Shown here piece after piece: positions 50,367 to 61,121 of a stretch of DNA of 64,000 nt. The notes beneath the pieces are model-generated. The model searched no databases and was not told the origin of the DNA. It worked only from the letters and a program-made list of their open reading frames with translations. Source of the stretch: Scyliorhinus canicula (Eukaryota). The stretch spans positions 19,501,327 to 19,565,326 of the forward strand of contig NC_052172.1 in assembly GCF_902713615.1 (NCBI RefSeq), in the 5' to 3' direction. Made by a program: the position numbers and the translations under genes. Numbering within the stretch: the stretch's first letter is position 1; each line of letters starts with the position of its first letter.

Positions 50367-51692
50367 CAAATGCTGTAAAGTCCTGTTCATCACCAGAAGT
50401 AAAAAATGGCGGATGATCAGAGGTGGTGGTCGCTAGTTAAAGATGTTAATGAGCTAGCTTTGTTCTCGTTTCTAATGTACACAAATTGTAAAAGGATTTT
50501 GATCTCTTTCTGGGTGGGAACAGCCAGAAAATAAAGCAGAAACACAACCAGCTGGCTTTTCAAGCAGGATGAATACTCCAGGGAGGAATTACAAAAATCA
50601 ATCAAGTCAAGCATATTTGTTATTTTTGTCTGGTACAGCTATGGTGAAAGGAAACTCAACAACTGTCATCTTCACTGTTTGCCCTGTCCCCTCAAAGCCA
50701 ATACCTAAATCACTAAGTAAGTGAGTTTGGCTTTCTCAATGAGATGAAATATAGCCAGGGCCTTTTGCATCCAAAGCTATCTTGGGACATCTTCAAAGGC
50801 AACAATGACCTTTAAAAGGCAAACTTTATCGAGCCATTTACTCTTCCGCCACGGTGTTCAACTTAAAAATTAACCGCAGAATTATTTCCTTTTTTTGAAT
50901 ATTGCCACCTACCAGAGGAGACCGAGAAACAGGAGGCCATTCATTATCTCCATCTATCTACTGCCTCAGTTCCTTAATCTTAATGTCCCTGCCTGTCAAA
51001 AATCATACCAATTTTGAAATATAGGAATTATCTTCAAAATACACGGCTTCATCAAAATGTTACCATGGCATCTCGAGCAATGCAAAAGCTGGGAAACATT
51101 TGTAATAACCTGAAAAGTTGTCAGGAAAGACAATATTATACCCCATTAACAGGTTACATTCTAGAAGAAAGAAAAATGTGTCAGTGTCTCACGTACAAGG
51201 AGCTGCCTTTGATGTGGCGGCTGTTTTCCATATAGCAAAATGACACACACAGCAATAAGACAGATGATCAGTGAATCTATTTTTGGTGGGGTTGGTTCTC
51301 CAGGCCAGTAGAACGTTTTGCTCCTTTTCAAACATTGCTGCAGGATCATTTACATGCACCCAATGAGGTATAGGAACAGGCCATTCAGCCCCTTGAACCT
51401 GTTCCATCATTTACCATAACACTGTCTTTCTACCTGCCTTAGTTCCTTAACTCTTAATACATTTGCCTGACAAAAATCAATATCAGTCTTAAAATGTTGT
51501 CACTGATTGCTTGTAGGCAGGTACTGTTAGGGTGAGAGGTCAGCGTGCTCCATCCAGTGCCTCAGTACAACTGGGGGATCCCTTGCAGGGTTTTTAATAC
51601 CTCAAGAAAGTTAAGTACACCGTGAGGGGGGCAATTGAGGGGTTCTACCAGATGGCAGCCATTCATTCGGCACTTTAAGTAGTTGGTGTGTT

Positions 51693-51892
51693 GGGCGGTA
51701 ATGTGGTGCAGTGGTTAACACTGCTGCCTCATGGCGCCAAGGTCCAGGGTCCGTGTGGAGTTTGCACATTCTCCCCGCGTTTGCGTGGGTCTCGCCCCCA
51801 CAACCCAAAGATGTGCAGGGCAGGTGGATTGGACAGGCGAAATTGCCCCTTAATTGGAAAAAAAAAACAATTGGGCACTTTAAATTAAGAAA
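51693..51892 (+). mobile_element. A-tailed short HE1 variant
   Basis: Diagnostic sequence. Confidence 0.85.
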
Positions 51893-52049
51893 AGAACTGG
51901 TCTGTTGGCGGGGGGGGGGGTGAGTGAGTGAGTGAGTGAGTTGGGGGAACAGGGGTTTTCTGCACTGGAGGGCGGGGAGGCTGTTACTGTTTGTGCATAA
52001 AATTGAAAAACTGGTGTCTTTATACAGAACATCACTCTCCGGCTGGAAA

Positions 52050-54190
52050 TTCAGAACTCCCTATCAGGGAATACAGAGCTCCCTGTCTGGGAATACAGAG
52101 CGCCCTATCTGGGAATACGGAGCTCCCCATCTGGGAATAGAGAGCTCCCCATCCGGGAATACAGAGCTCCCTACCCAGGAATACAGAGCTCTCCAGCCGG
52201 CAATACGGAGCTCCCCGGCCAGGAATACAGAGCTCCCTATCCGGGAATACAGCGCTCCCCGTCTGGGAATACAGCGCTCCCCGTCTGGGATAACAGAGCT
52301 CCCTAACCGGGAATACAGCGCTCCCTAACCGGGAATACGGAGCTCCCTATCCGGGAATACGGAGCTCCATATCCGGGAATAAGGCGCTCCCTATCCAGGA
52401 ATACGGAGCTCCCTAGCCGGGAATACGATGCTCCCTATCTGGGAATACGGAGCTCCCTAGCCGGGAATACGGAGTTCCCTAGCCGGGAATACGGCGCTCC
52501 CTATCCTGGAATACGGAGCTCTCTATCCGGGAATACGGAGCTCCCTATCCGGGAATACGGCGCTCCGTATCCAGGAATACGGCGCTCCCTATCCGGGAAT
52601 ACGGCGCTCCCTATCCGGGAATAAGGAGCTCCCTATCCGGGAATAAGGAGCTCCCTAGCCGGGAATATGACGCTCCATATCTGGGAATACAGAGCTCCCA
52701 ATCCGGGAATACTGCACTCCCTATCCGGGAATACTGCACTCCCTATCCGGGAATACGGCGTTCCCTATCCGGGAATACGGAGTTCCCTATCTGGGAATAC
52801 AGAGCTCCCTATCCGGGAATGCTGCACTCCCTATCCAGGAATACATGGCTCCCTATCCGGGAAATCGGAGCTCCCTATCCGGGAATACTGCACTCCCTAT
52901 CCAGGAATACAGAGCTCCCTATCCGGGAATACGGTGCTCCCTATCCGGGAATACGGACCTCCCTATCCGGGAAATCGGAGCTCCCTATCCGGGAAATCGG
53001 AGCTCCCTATCCGGGAAAACGGAGCTCCCTATCCGGGAATACGGAGCTCCCTATCCGGGAATACGGAGCTCCCTGTCCGGGAATACAGAGCTCCCTATCC
53101 GGGAATACGGACCTCCCTATCCGGGAAATCGGAGCTCCCTATCCGGGAAATCGGAGCTCCCTATCCGGGAATACGGAGCTCCCTATCCGGGAATACGGAG
53201 CTCCCTATCCCTATCCGAGAATACGGAGCTCCCTATCCCTATCCGAGAATACGGAGCTCCCTATCCGGGAATACAGAGGTCCCTATCCGGTATAGAGAGC
53301 TCCCTATCCGGGAATACGGAGCTCCCTATCCAGGAATACGGAGCTCCCTATCCAGGAATACAGAGCTGCCTATCCGGGAATAGGGAGCTCCCTATCCGAG
53401 AATACAGAGCTCCCTATCCGGGAATACAGAGCTCCCTATCCAGGAATACGGAGCTCCCTATCCGGGAATACAGAGCTCCCTATCCAGGAATACGGAGCTC
53501 CCTATCCGGGAATACAGAGCTCCCTATCCGGGAATACAGAGCTCCCTATCCGGGAATACAGAGGTCCCTATCCGGGAATACAGAGGTCCCTATCCGGGTA
53601 TAGAGAGCTCCCTATCCGGGAATACGGAGCTCCCTATCCGGGTATAGAGAGCTCCCTATCCGGGAATACGGAGCTCCCTATCCGGGAATACGGAGCTGCC
53701 TATCCGGGTATAGAGAGCTCCCTATCCGGGAATACGGAGCTCCCTATCCGGGAATACGGAGCTGCCTATCCGGGAATACGGAGCTGCCTATCCGGGAATA
53801 GGGAGCTCCCTATCCGGGAATACAGAGCTCCCTATCCAGGAATACGGAGCTCCCTATCCGGGAATACAGAGCTCCCTATCCGGGAATACAGAGCTCCCTA
53901 TCCGGGAATACAGAGGTCCCTATCCGGGAATACAGAGGTCCCTATCCGGGTATAGAGAGCTCCCTATCCGGGAATACGGAGCTCCCTATCCGGGTATAGA
54001 GAGCTCCCTATCCGGGAATACGGAGCTCCCTATCCGGGAATACGGAGCTGCCTATCCGGGTATAGAGAGCTCCCTATCCGGGAATACGGAGCTCCCTATC
54101 CGGGAATACGGAGCTGCCTATCCGGGAATACGGAGCTGCCTATCCGGGAATAGGGAGCTCCCTATCCGGGAATACGGAGCGAGAGCTCCC
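52050..54190. repeat. 22-bp minisatellite (ATCCGGGAATACGGAGCTCCCT)n, roughly 95 copies, in C19orf47 intron 1
   Basis: Direct tandem periodicity; 352-bp (16-unit) higher-order duplication at 53561 versus 53913. Confidence 0.97.
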
Positions 54191-54726
54191 TCCATCCTGC
54201 AGGGGACCCGGGGCGGCTCCCTGATGACTGAGGTTACAGATGTTAAAATACATATTTACACAACAGCTGCCGCTGGGCCCAGACACCCGGCTGCTGGGGA
54301 ATGGGGATCGGCCCAGCCCGCGGCCCGGGCCTTCCCCCCGCCGGGTAGCCCGTCGGCCTCTCCCCCAGGACCGAATACCGTGACCCGGGCCTCTCCCCAC
54401 CCAGGACGGGACCCGGGCCTCCCCCCGCCGGGCGGCCGGCCTCTTTCCCCCCCCCCCCCCCAGGCCCGGGGCCCCAGCGCGGACCCTGCTCCCCGGGGCC
54501 CCAGCGCGGACCCTGCCCCCCCCAGGCCTGGGGCCCCAGCGCGGACCCTGCCCCCCCCAGGCCTGGGGCCCCAGCCCCCAAGGTCCGGGGCCCCAGCGCG
54601 GACCCTCCCCGAGGCCGCGGTTTTCCACAAACTCACCCAGAGTCACCGACACCATTTTCGCAGCGGCTCCGCGGAGCGCCCGACGTCACATCCGGGAACC
54701 CAACCGGAAAGGAGCCAGTGACCCCA
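54190..54726 (-). promoter_or_regulatory. CpG-island promoter / first-exon region of C19orf47 with ETS-CRE composite site
   Basis: Very GC- and CpG-rich; CGACGTCACATCCGG at ~54681-54695 (reverse CCGGATGTGACGTCG) and a second CCGGAA at ~54704; short GC repeats (ggggccccagcgcggaccct) in the proximal intron. Confidence 0.75.
54637..54655 (-). CDS. C19orf47: C19orf47 ortholog, coding exon 1 (MVSVTL + G)
   Basis: ATG GTG TCG GTG ACT CTG G|GTGAGT donor; matches the human N-terminus MVSVTMATSEW; 19 nt, phase 1; lies in a CpG-rich island. Confidence 0.9.
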
Positions 54727-55890
54727 CGGCAACCAGACTAGGCCCTGGCAACCAGACTAGGTCCTGAGAGTTGGATTAGGCCCTGGCAACCGGACTAGGC
54801 CCTGGCAACCGGACTAGGCCCTGACAACTAGACTAAGGCCTGACAACTAGACTAAGGCCTGACAACTAGACTAAGGCCTGACAACTAGACTAAGACCTGA
54901 CAACTAGACTAAGGCCTGACAACTAGACTAAGGCCTGACAACTAGACTAAGACCTGACAACTAGACTAGGCCCTGGCAACCGGACTAGGTCCTGAGAGTT
55001 GGATTAGGCCCTGGCAACCGGATTAGGCCCTGGCAACCGGACTAGGCCCTGACAACCGGACTAGGCCCTGACAACCGGACTAGGCTCTGACAACTAGACT
55101 AGGCTCTGACAACTAGACTAGGCCCTGACAACTAGACTAGGCTCTGACAACTAGACTAGGCCCTGACAACTAGACTAGGCCCTGACAACTAGACTAGGCT
55201 CTGACAACTAGACTAGGCCCTGACAACTAGACTAGGCCCTGACAATTGGATTAGGCCCTGGCAACCGGACTAGGCCCTGGCAACCGGACTAGGCCCTGAC
55301 AACCAGACTAGGTCCTGAGAGTTGGGTTAGGCCCTGGCAACCAGACTAGGCCCTGACAACTAGACTAGGCCCTGACAACCAGACTAGGCCCTGAAAACTA
55401 GACTAAGCCCTGACAACTGGACCAGGCCCTGACAACTGGACCAGGCCCTGACAATTGGATTAGGCCCTGGCAACCGGACTAGGCCCTGGCAACCGGACTA
55501 GGCCCTGGCAACCGGACTAAGCCCTGACAACCGGACTAGACCCTGGCAACCGGACTAGGCCCTGGCAACCGGACTAGGCCCTGGCAACTGAACTAGGCCC
55601 TGACAATTGGACCAGGCCCTGACAATTGGATTAGGCCCTGGCAACCGGACTAGGCCCTGGCAACCGGACTAGGCCCTGACAATTGGATTAGGCCCTGGCA
55701 ACTAGACTAGGTCCTGAGAATTGGATTAGGCCCTGGCAACTGGACTAGACCCTGGCAAACGGACTAGGCCCTGGCAACTGGACTAGGCCCAGCAACCAGA
55801 CTACGCCATAGCAACAATACTAGGCCCTAGCAACCAGACTAGGTCCCAGAGAACAGACCCTAGCAACCAGGTCAGGCCTTAGCAATCAGA
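54727..55890. repeat. 19-bp minisatellite (GGCAACCGGACTAGGCCCT)n, roughly 60 copies, immediately upstream of C19orf47
   Basis: Direct tandem periodicity with variant units (GACAACTAGACTA.., GAGAGTTGGATTA..). Confidence 0.97.
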
Positions 55891-55905
55891 CCACACACTA
55901 GAGAA

Positions 55906-56592
55906 TGTGGTAGTATGACTAGAGGTACTATTGTACCTGGGAGTGTGAGCTACCATTGGTGGAGAAGGCTCGCTGCTCATTGGCCCAATTGTTTGCATTT
56001 CATTGGTCGGGGTGTGAGCTACCATTGGTGGAGAAGGCTCGCTGCTCATTGGCCCAAGTGTTTGCATTTCATTGGTCGGAATGTAAGGTAGCTCCGCCCA
56101 GAGAGGCAGGGTATAAGAACCCGTGTTTTCCCAGCAGCCAGCCTCTTTCTGTACTCGAGCTGCTGGGGAAACATCTTGTTGATTAAAGCCTTCAATTCGG
56201 ACTACATCCTCGTTTCAGTAGTTATTGATTGTCATAGAATTTACAGTGCAGAAGGAGGCCATTTGGCCTCCCGAGTCTGCACTGGCTCTTGGAAAGAGCA
56301 CCCTACCCAAGGTCAACACCTCCACCCTATCCCCATAACCCAGTAACCCCACCCAACACTAAGGGCAATTTTGGACACTACGGGCAATTTATCATGGCCA
56401 ATCCACCTAACCTGCACATCTTTGGACTGTGGGAGGAAACCGGAGCACCCGGAGGAAACCCACGCACACACGGGGAGGATGTGCAGACTCCGCACAGACA
56501 GTGACCCAAGCCGGAATCGAACCTGGGACCCTGGAGCTGTGAAGCATTTGTGCTATCCACAATGCTACCGTGCTGCCCACTATTGCGCATCA
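55906..56592 (+). mobile_element. Solo LTR interrupted near its 3' end by an HE1 SINE (56233-56578)
   Basis: TG...CA termini, 5-bp TSD GAGAA (55901-55905 and 56593-56597), CCAAT boxes, GC box, TATAAG, ATTAAA. Confidence 0.85.
56233..56578 (-). mobile_element. HE1-type V-SINE nested in a solo LTR
   Basis: Full head, V-domain and tail. Confidence 0.92.
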
Positions 56593-56642
56593 GAGAACAC
56601 ACCAGTGATCCTTGCAACCAGACCAATGACTCTAGTAATCAT

Positions 56643-56844
56643 AGTAAGAAGTCTTACAACACCAGGTTAAAGTCCAACAGGTTTGTTTCAAACACCAGCT
56701 TTCGGAGCGCTGCTCCTTCCTCAGGTGAATGGGAGCTGTGCTCCGAAACCTCGTGTTTGAAACAAACCTGTTGGACTTTAACCTGGTGTTGTAAGATTTC
56801 TTACTGTGCTCACCCCAATCCAACGCCGGAATCTACACATCATG
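56643..56844 (-). mobile_element. Fold-back non-autonomous element (Penelope-related) with a minimal hammerhead motif
   Basis: ~66-bp inverted arms at 56643-56708 and 56740-56805; 12-bp TSD tctagtaatcat. Confidence 0.85.
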
Positions 56845-57526
56845 TCTAGTAATCATGCCAGTGAGCCCAAAAACGCAGCAAAGGGATACCAGGGATAAGA
56901 ATTTGGGAGAGGAGGGGATCATTCAACCATTCGAACCTGTTTTGCCATTCAATTAGATAGTGGCTGATTATGCATCTTAAAATCCACCTACCCACCTTGG
57001 TTCCATCTCCTTTGCTGCATTTGCTCCTGACAAATCTTGCCTTTGGCAGAGTGAATTCCAGGTTTCCAGTACTATCCGTGTGAAGGAAGTGGTCAGCCAT
57101 AACTCAGGAGCACTCGCTTTGATTTGCTAAGAGACTCAAAATAGGATCTTGACATTGTGCACAATGTTCTTTGAATGAAATGTTCATTCTGAGCCCTGTC
57201 TGCCTATTCTAGTGAGTTATAGTGTTACGTGACAAATTTCAGAAGGCTGAGATTACACTGGAGTGGTTGAGACAATATCATATGTGTCTATACAGCTAGT
57301 TTGTGGAGTTACACAAATTCAGAGAGAGTGCAGCACGAGGATCATTCCTGGATTGAAAATTCAAATTTTAACTTCCGACATTTAGATTTTGGCTTAATTT
57401 CTAGATAAATAATATAGAATTCTATGCATATTGGGGTTTTTTAACCATAAAATATAATTTGCCATCTTATTATTTGACAGAAAAAGATACTTGTGCAGGG
57501 TTATAATCAGATGCTATTCATGAAAA

Positions 57527-58177
57527 GATGGTAGGTGGTACAGTGGTTCAACAGGGACCCGGGTTCAATTCCGGCCTTGGGCGACTGTGTGGAGTTTGCC
57601 ATTTCTCCCCGTATCTGCGTGGGTTTCCTCCGGGTGCTCCAGTTTCCTCCCACATTTCAAAGATGTGCAGGTTAGGTGGATTGGCCATGATAAATTTGCC
57701 CTTTAGGGTGGGGTTGCTGGTTTAGCACACTGGGCTAAATCGCTGGCTTTTAAAGCAGACTAAGGCAGGCCAGCAGCACGGTTCGATTCCCGTACCAGCC
57801 TCCCCGAACAGGCGCTGGAATATGGCCACTAGGGGCTTTTCACAGTAACTTCATTGAAGCCTACTTGTGACAATAAGCGATTTTCATTTCATTTGAATGC
57901 GCGGAGTTATGGGGACAAGGTGGGAGCATGGGCCGAGGTGGGGTGTTATTTCAGAGGGTTGGTGCCGAGTCTTTTTTTTTAAATTTTTAGATTAGCCAAT
58001 TATTTTTTCCAATTAAGGGGCAATTTAGCGTGGCCAATCCACCTACTCTGCATATTTTTGGGTTGTGGGAGCGAAACCCACGCAGACACGGGGAGAATGT
58101 GCAAACTCCACACGGACAGTGGGTTGGTGCTGAGTCAATGGGCTGAATGGCCTTCTTCTGCACTGTAGGGACTTTAT
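57527..58177 (+). mobile_element. HE1-type V-SINE carrying two nested SINEs (57710-57893 +, 57971-58120 -)
   Basis: Host sequence resumes colinearly after each insert; second insert has TSD gggttggtgc(c/t)gagtc. Confidence 0.87.
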
Positions 58178-58484
58178 GGAAACAGCAAGTGGCATCCCAA
58201 AATATAATTAAATTCCAAGAATACAATGAAACTTAGATTTGTCTTGTAAGTCACTTTTTTAAAAATGAAATCACAGGGCCTGGATGTCACTGGCCAAATC
58301 ACCATTTGTTGCCCATTCCTAATTAGCCTTACGGTGGAGGTGAGATTCCTTCTTGAAGCAATGCTGTGGTTCTGCAGTAACAAAAGGGCCAGAACGGGGA
58401 AGGTGGAAGATTTTCTTCCCTAAAAGACATTCATGAACCAGGTGGCTTTTTAATGACGAGCTGGTAATTACACAGTCACCATAA

Positions 58485-58709
58485 CTTTTTTCTTTTTTAG
58501 AGTATCCAATTATTTTTTCCAATTAAGGGGCAATTTAGTGTGACCAATTCACCTAACCTGCACATCTTTTGTGTTGTGGGGGCGAAACCCACGCAGACAC
58601 GGGGAGAATGTGCAAACTCCACACGGACAGTGACCCAGGGCCGGGATTCGAACCCGGGTCCCCAGCGCCGTAGGCAGCAATGCTAACCACTGTGCCACCA
58701 TGCTGCCCT
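58485..58709 (-). mobile_element. A-tailed short HE1 variant
   Basis: TSD cacagtcaccat. Confidence 0.9.
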
Positions 58710-59151
58710 CACAGTCACCATTACTGAGACTGGGTTTTATTCAAGATTTATTTAATTAACTAAATCTAAATTCCCCAACTGCCCTGGTTGAGTTTAAACT
58801 TTTGTCTCCAGTTCATTAGTCCAGGCATTTTACTCATTACTAGTTCTAGTTACCAGTTTGCTACCATTCCCAGTAACCAGTGGCATTGACTATAGGAATC
58901 AGAATGTCATCAGCATGTCACGGGGTTGGCCACCAATTATTTTTACACTCAACATGGAATCAGAAAACAGAAACCCAAAGAGGAATCAACAATGCTACGT
59001 AATGTTGTTATTGGCTAAAATAATGTATACTAAATTCTTGATCCTCCAGTGATCTGATACCTGAAAAACCTTTACAGGGAAAGATTTATAGCCCAGGATG
59101 CCATTTGTTTCATTGCGTCTGTGCTCCCTGTAAAAGAGCTGTCCAGCCTAG

Positions 59152-59943
59152 TGTAGCCACCTGGGGTTGGCCACTTCTCGATTCCAAAATGGAGGCCCGC
59201 AAAGAATGCAGGGAAAATTGGCCAGCCACAGGAAAACAAGCAGGTGCAAGGTTTCCTGTGTATTAAGATTTGCAGAACCCAGACAGAACCAAAACCAATA
59301 GCCATCTACATACTAATGAGCAATCGGGACAAAGACAGACTCCCCGGCGCCAGCCAGGACAAAAGCAGGCCAACGGACACATAGGAACCGCCCAGCGATC
59401 AGCTCCAGTATTGGAGAAATCGATAAAACCGATTGGGACATGGTCCAATTAATTGGGACCAAGTCCAGGGTCCGCCCACAATGGCACGAAAATCCTGGGG
59501 ACTATAAAGTACAGTCCCCAAGTTCAGTTCGCTCTCTTGACCGTGACTCTCAGCAAGGAGAGACCTGCCCAGCAGCTGCACCAACCAAGTAAGTCTCCAG
59601 TCAATGCACGCTACGAGATAGACGCTCCTAGCTACTATTCCATACCAGCTTGAAACCTGCAGACTCATAACCGGACAAAGACCATTGTTCCTCTGACCTG
59701 GTGGGCCATTTGAAAGCTAAGTATAGGCCTTTAGTTGTAGGGATAGTCTAGTAAGTAGAGTTTTATGCATGCGTAGTGATTGACTGTGTGTATAATAAAT
59801 GTGTTTTGATTTGAAACTTACTAGCTGGTGTATTGAGTTAGTACTTGGCTTTGAACCTCGTGGTGGTATCAGAAAGATACCTGCCGACTCTAGAGCAAAG
59901 GTTATTAAAACAGAGCAATTAAGTAAAAGCACACTTAGCAACA
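59152..59943 (+). mobile_element. Solo LTR (792 bp)
   Basis: TGTAGC...GCAACA termini, 4-bp TSD CTAG, TATAAA at 59503, AATAAA at 59794. Confidence 0.88.
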
Positions 59944-61121
59944 CTAGTCCTACTTTCCAGTTTCTGCAGTCCTCTAGGTTACAACACCTCAAAGTTTATA
60001 TACAAGTATTTTTTATGCACTTGAAATACCTCAATAATAATTGTTGTTGGTAGCACAGAAACTGAAAATTGCTGAAAAGGAAGATATGTTGCCAATGCTC
60101 TCTCTTGTAAACATCAGGACAAATCACAGACAAATACAGTGCAGAAAAGGCCATTCGGCCCATCGAGTCAGCACCACCACATGAAAGGCACCTGATCTGA
60201 AAATCCTCACTGAAATCCCCGCCCCTCACCTTGAAGTCGTGTCCCCTCATAACCAACCCTTCAACTAAGGGGAACAGTTCTTCCCTATCCACCCTGTCAA
60301 TGCCACTCATAATCTTGTGCACCTCAAATGCAAGAATGGCAAATGTTGAGCTGTTTGGGGGAGCCTACAGTTCTCCATTGCTTTCTCCATGGCAACAACT
60401 CGGCCAGATTCGAGTTGCCAACTAATCAACACCCTTTCTCCTGTAGTGTAAATTGTTGTTGTGATTGTTCAAAATTGGGTGTTCTTGTATTTGTCCTGGT
60501 GAGTGGAAGATGAAAATTTTGGCAACTTGTTTCTTTGCTGAGCAAGATTCAGTACAAATCGTTTATAACCTGATACGGTACCACTGTTGATGGATATTTG
60601 ACGCTGAAATTTGTGCAGCCAAAACTGGGGCGTTTCCATCCGGGGAGCAGCGGTTTAACAGTATAAAATTCCCAAAGTAAATATTTCAGCAAAAAAACAC
60701 AAGATACGGATTTGGAAGCATTTTAATGACCCCTGCACGTTCAGCAAATGGAAAGTCTTCTGGTTCAAAGTAAATGAAGATAAAGATAATCAGGAAAACT
60801 GAGAAATGGCTGTTTCAGAAAGCTTTTTAATTGAATCGCTGGAAATTGGTTAAAACAATACTCCAGATTGCTTCAACATGAGATGGGGGGGGATGAGGGG
60901 TGGAAAACAACCTTCAGTTTGTAAAGCTTTGCAAGATTCAGATACACTGAGTCTAATTTAATCTGTGTGGAAGTGGATGGATGTTAAAGGAGTTAAAATC
61001 TCACCCGGTACTAGCTACACTTTTATCAAACCTTTAGGGGACTGTAAACAAACACAATTCCTGTTGAAACCAATTTCCAAAAAAAATCTTAACTTCCTTC
61101 ATTCCCCCACTTATGAATGTG

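Noticed and set aside
51936-53603. Long repetitive ORFs (YPGIRSSLSGNTELPIREYGAP)n
   Set aside because: By-product of a stop-poor 22-bp unit read through all three frames; antisense within an intron and without a credible start or splice context.
54140-54721. Gly/Pro-rich ORFs on both strands
   Set aside because: GC-rich CpG-island sequence; only the first 19 nt (exon 1) code before the GTGAGT donor.
52050-55890. CRISPR-like appearance of the 22-bp and 19-bp arrays
   Set aside because: Head-to-tail units with no unique spacers, no cas genes and a vertebrate context; these are minisatellites.
57710-57800. tRNA-like cloverleafs with A/B boxes (here and in all SINE heads)
   Set aside because: Followed by SINE body and tail in many diverged copies, with no canonical anticodon loop; not tRNA genes.
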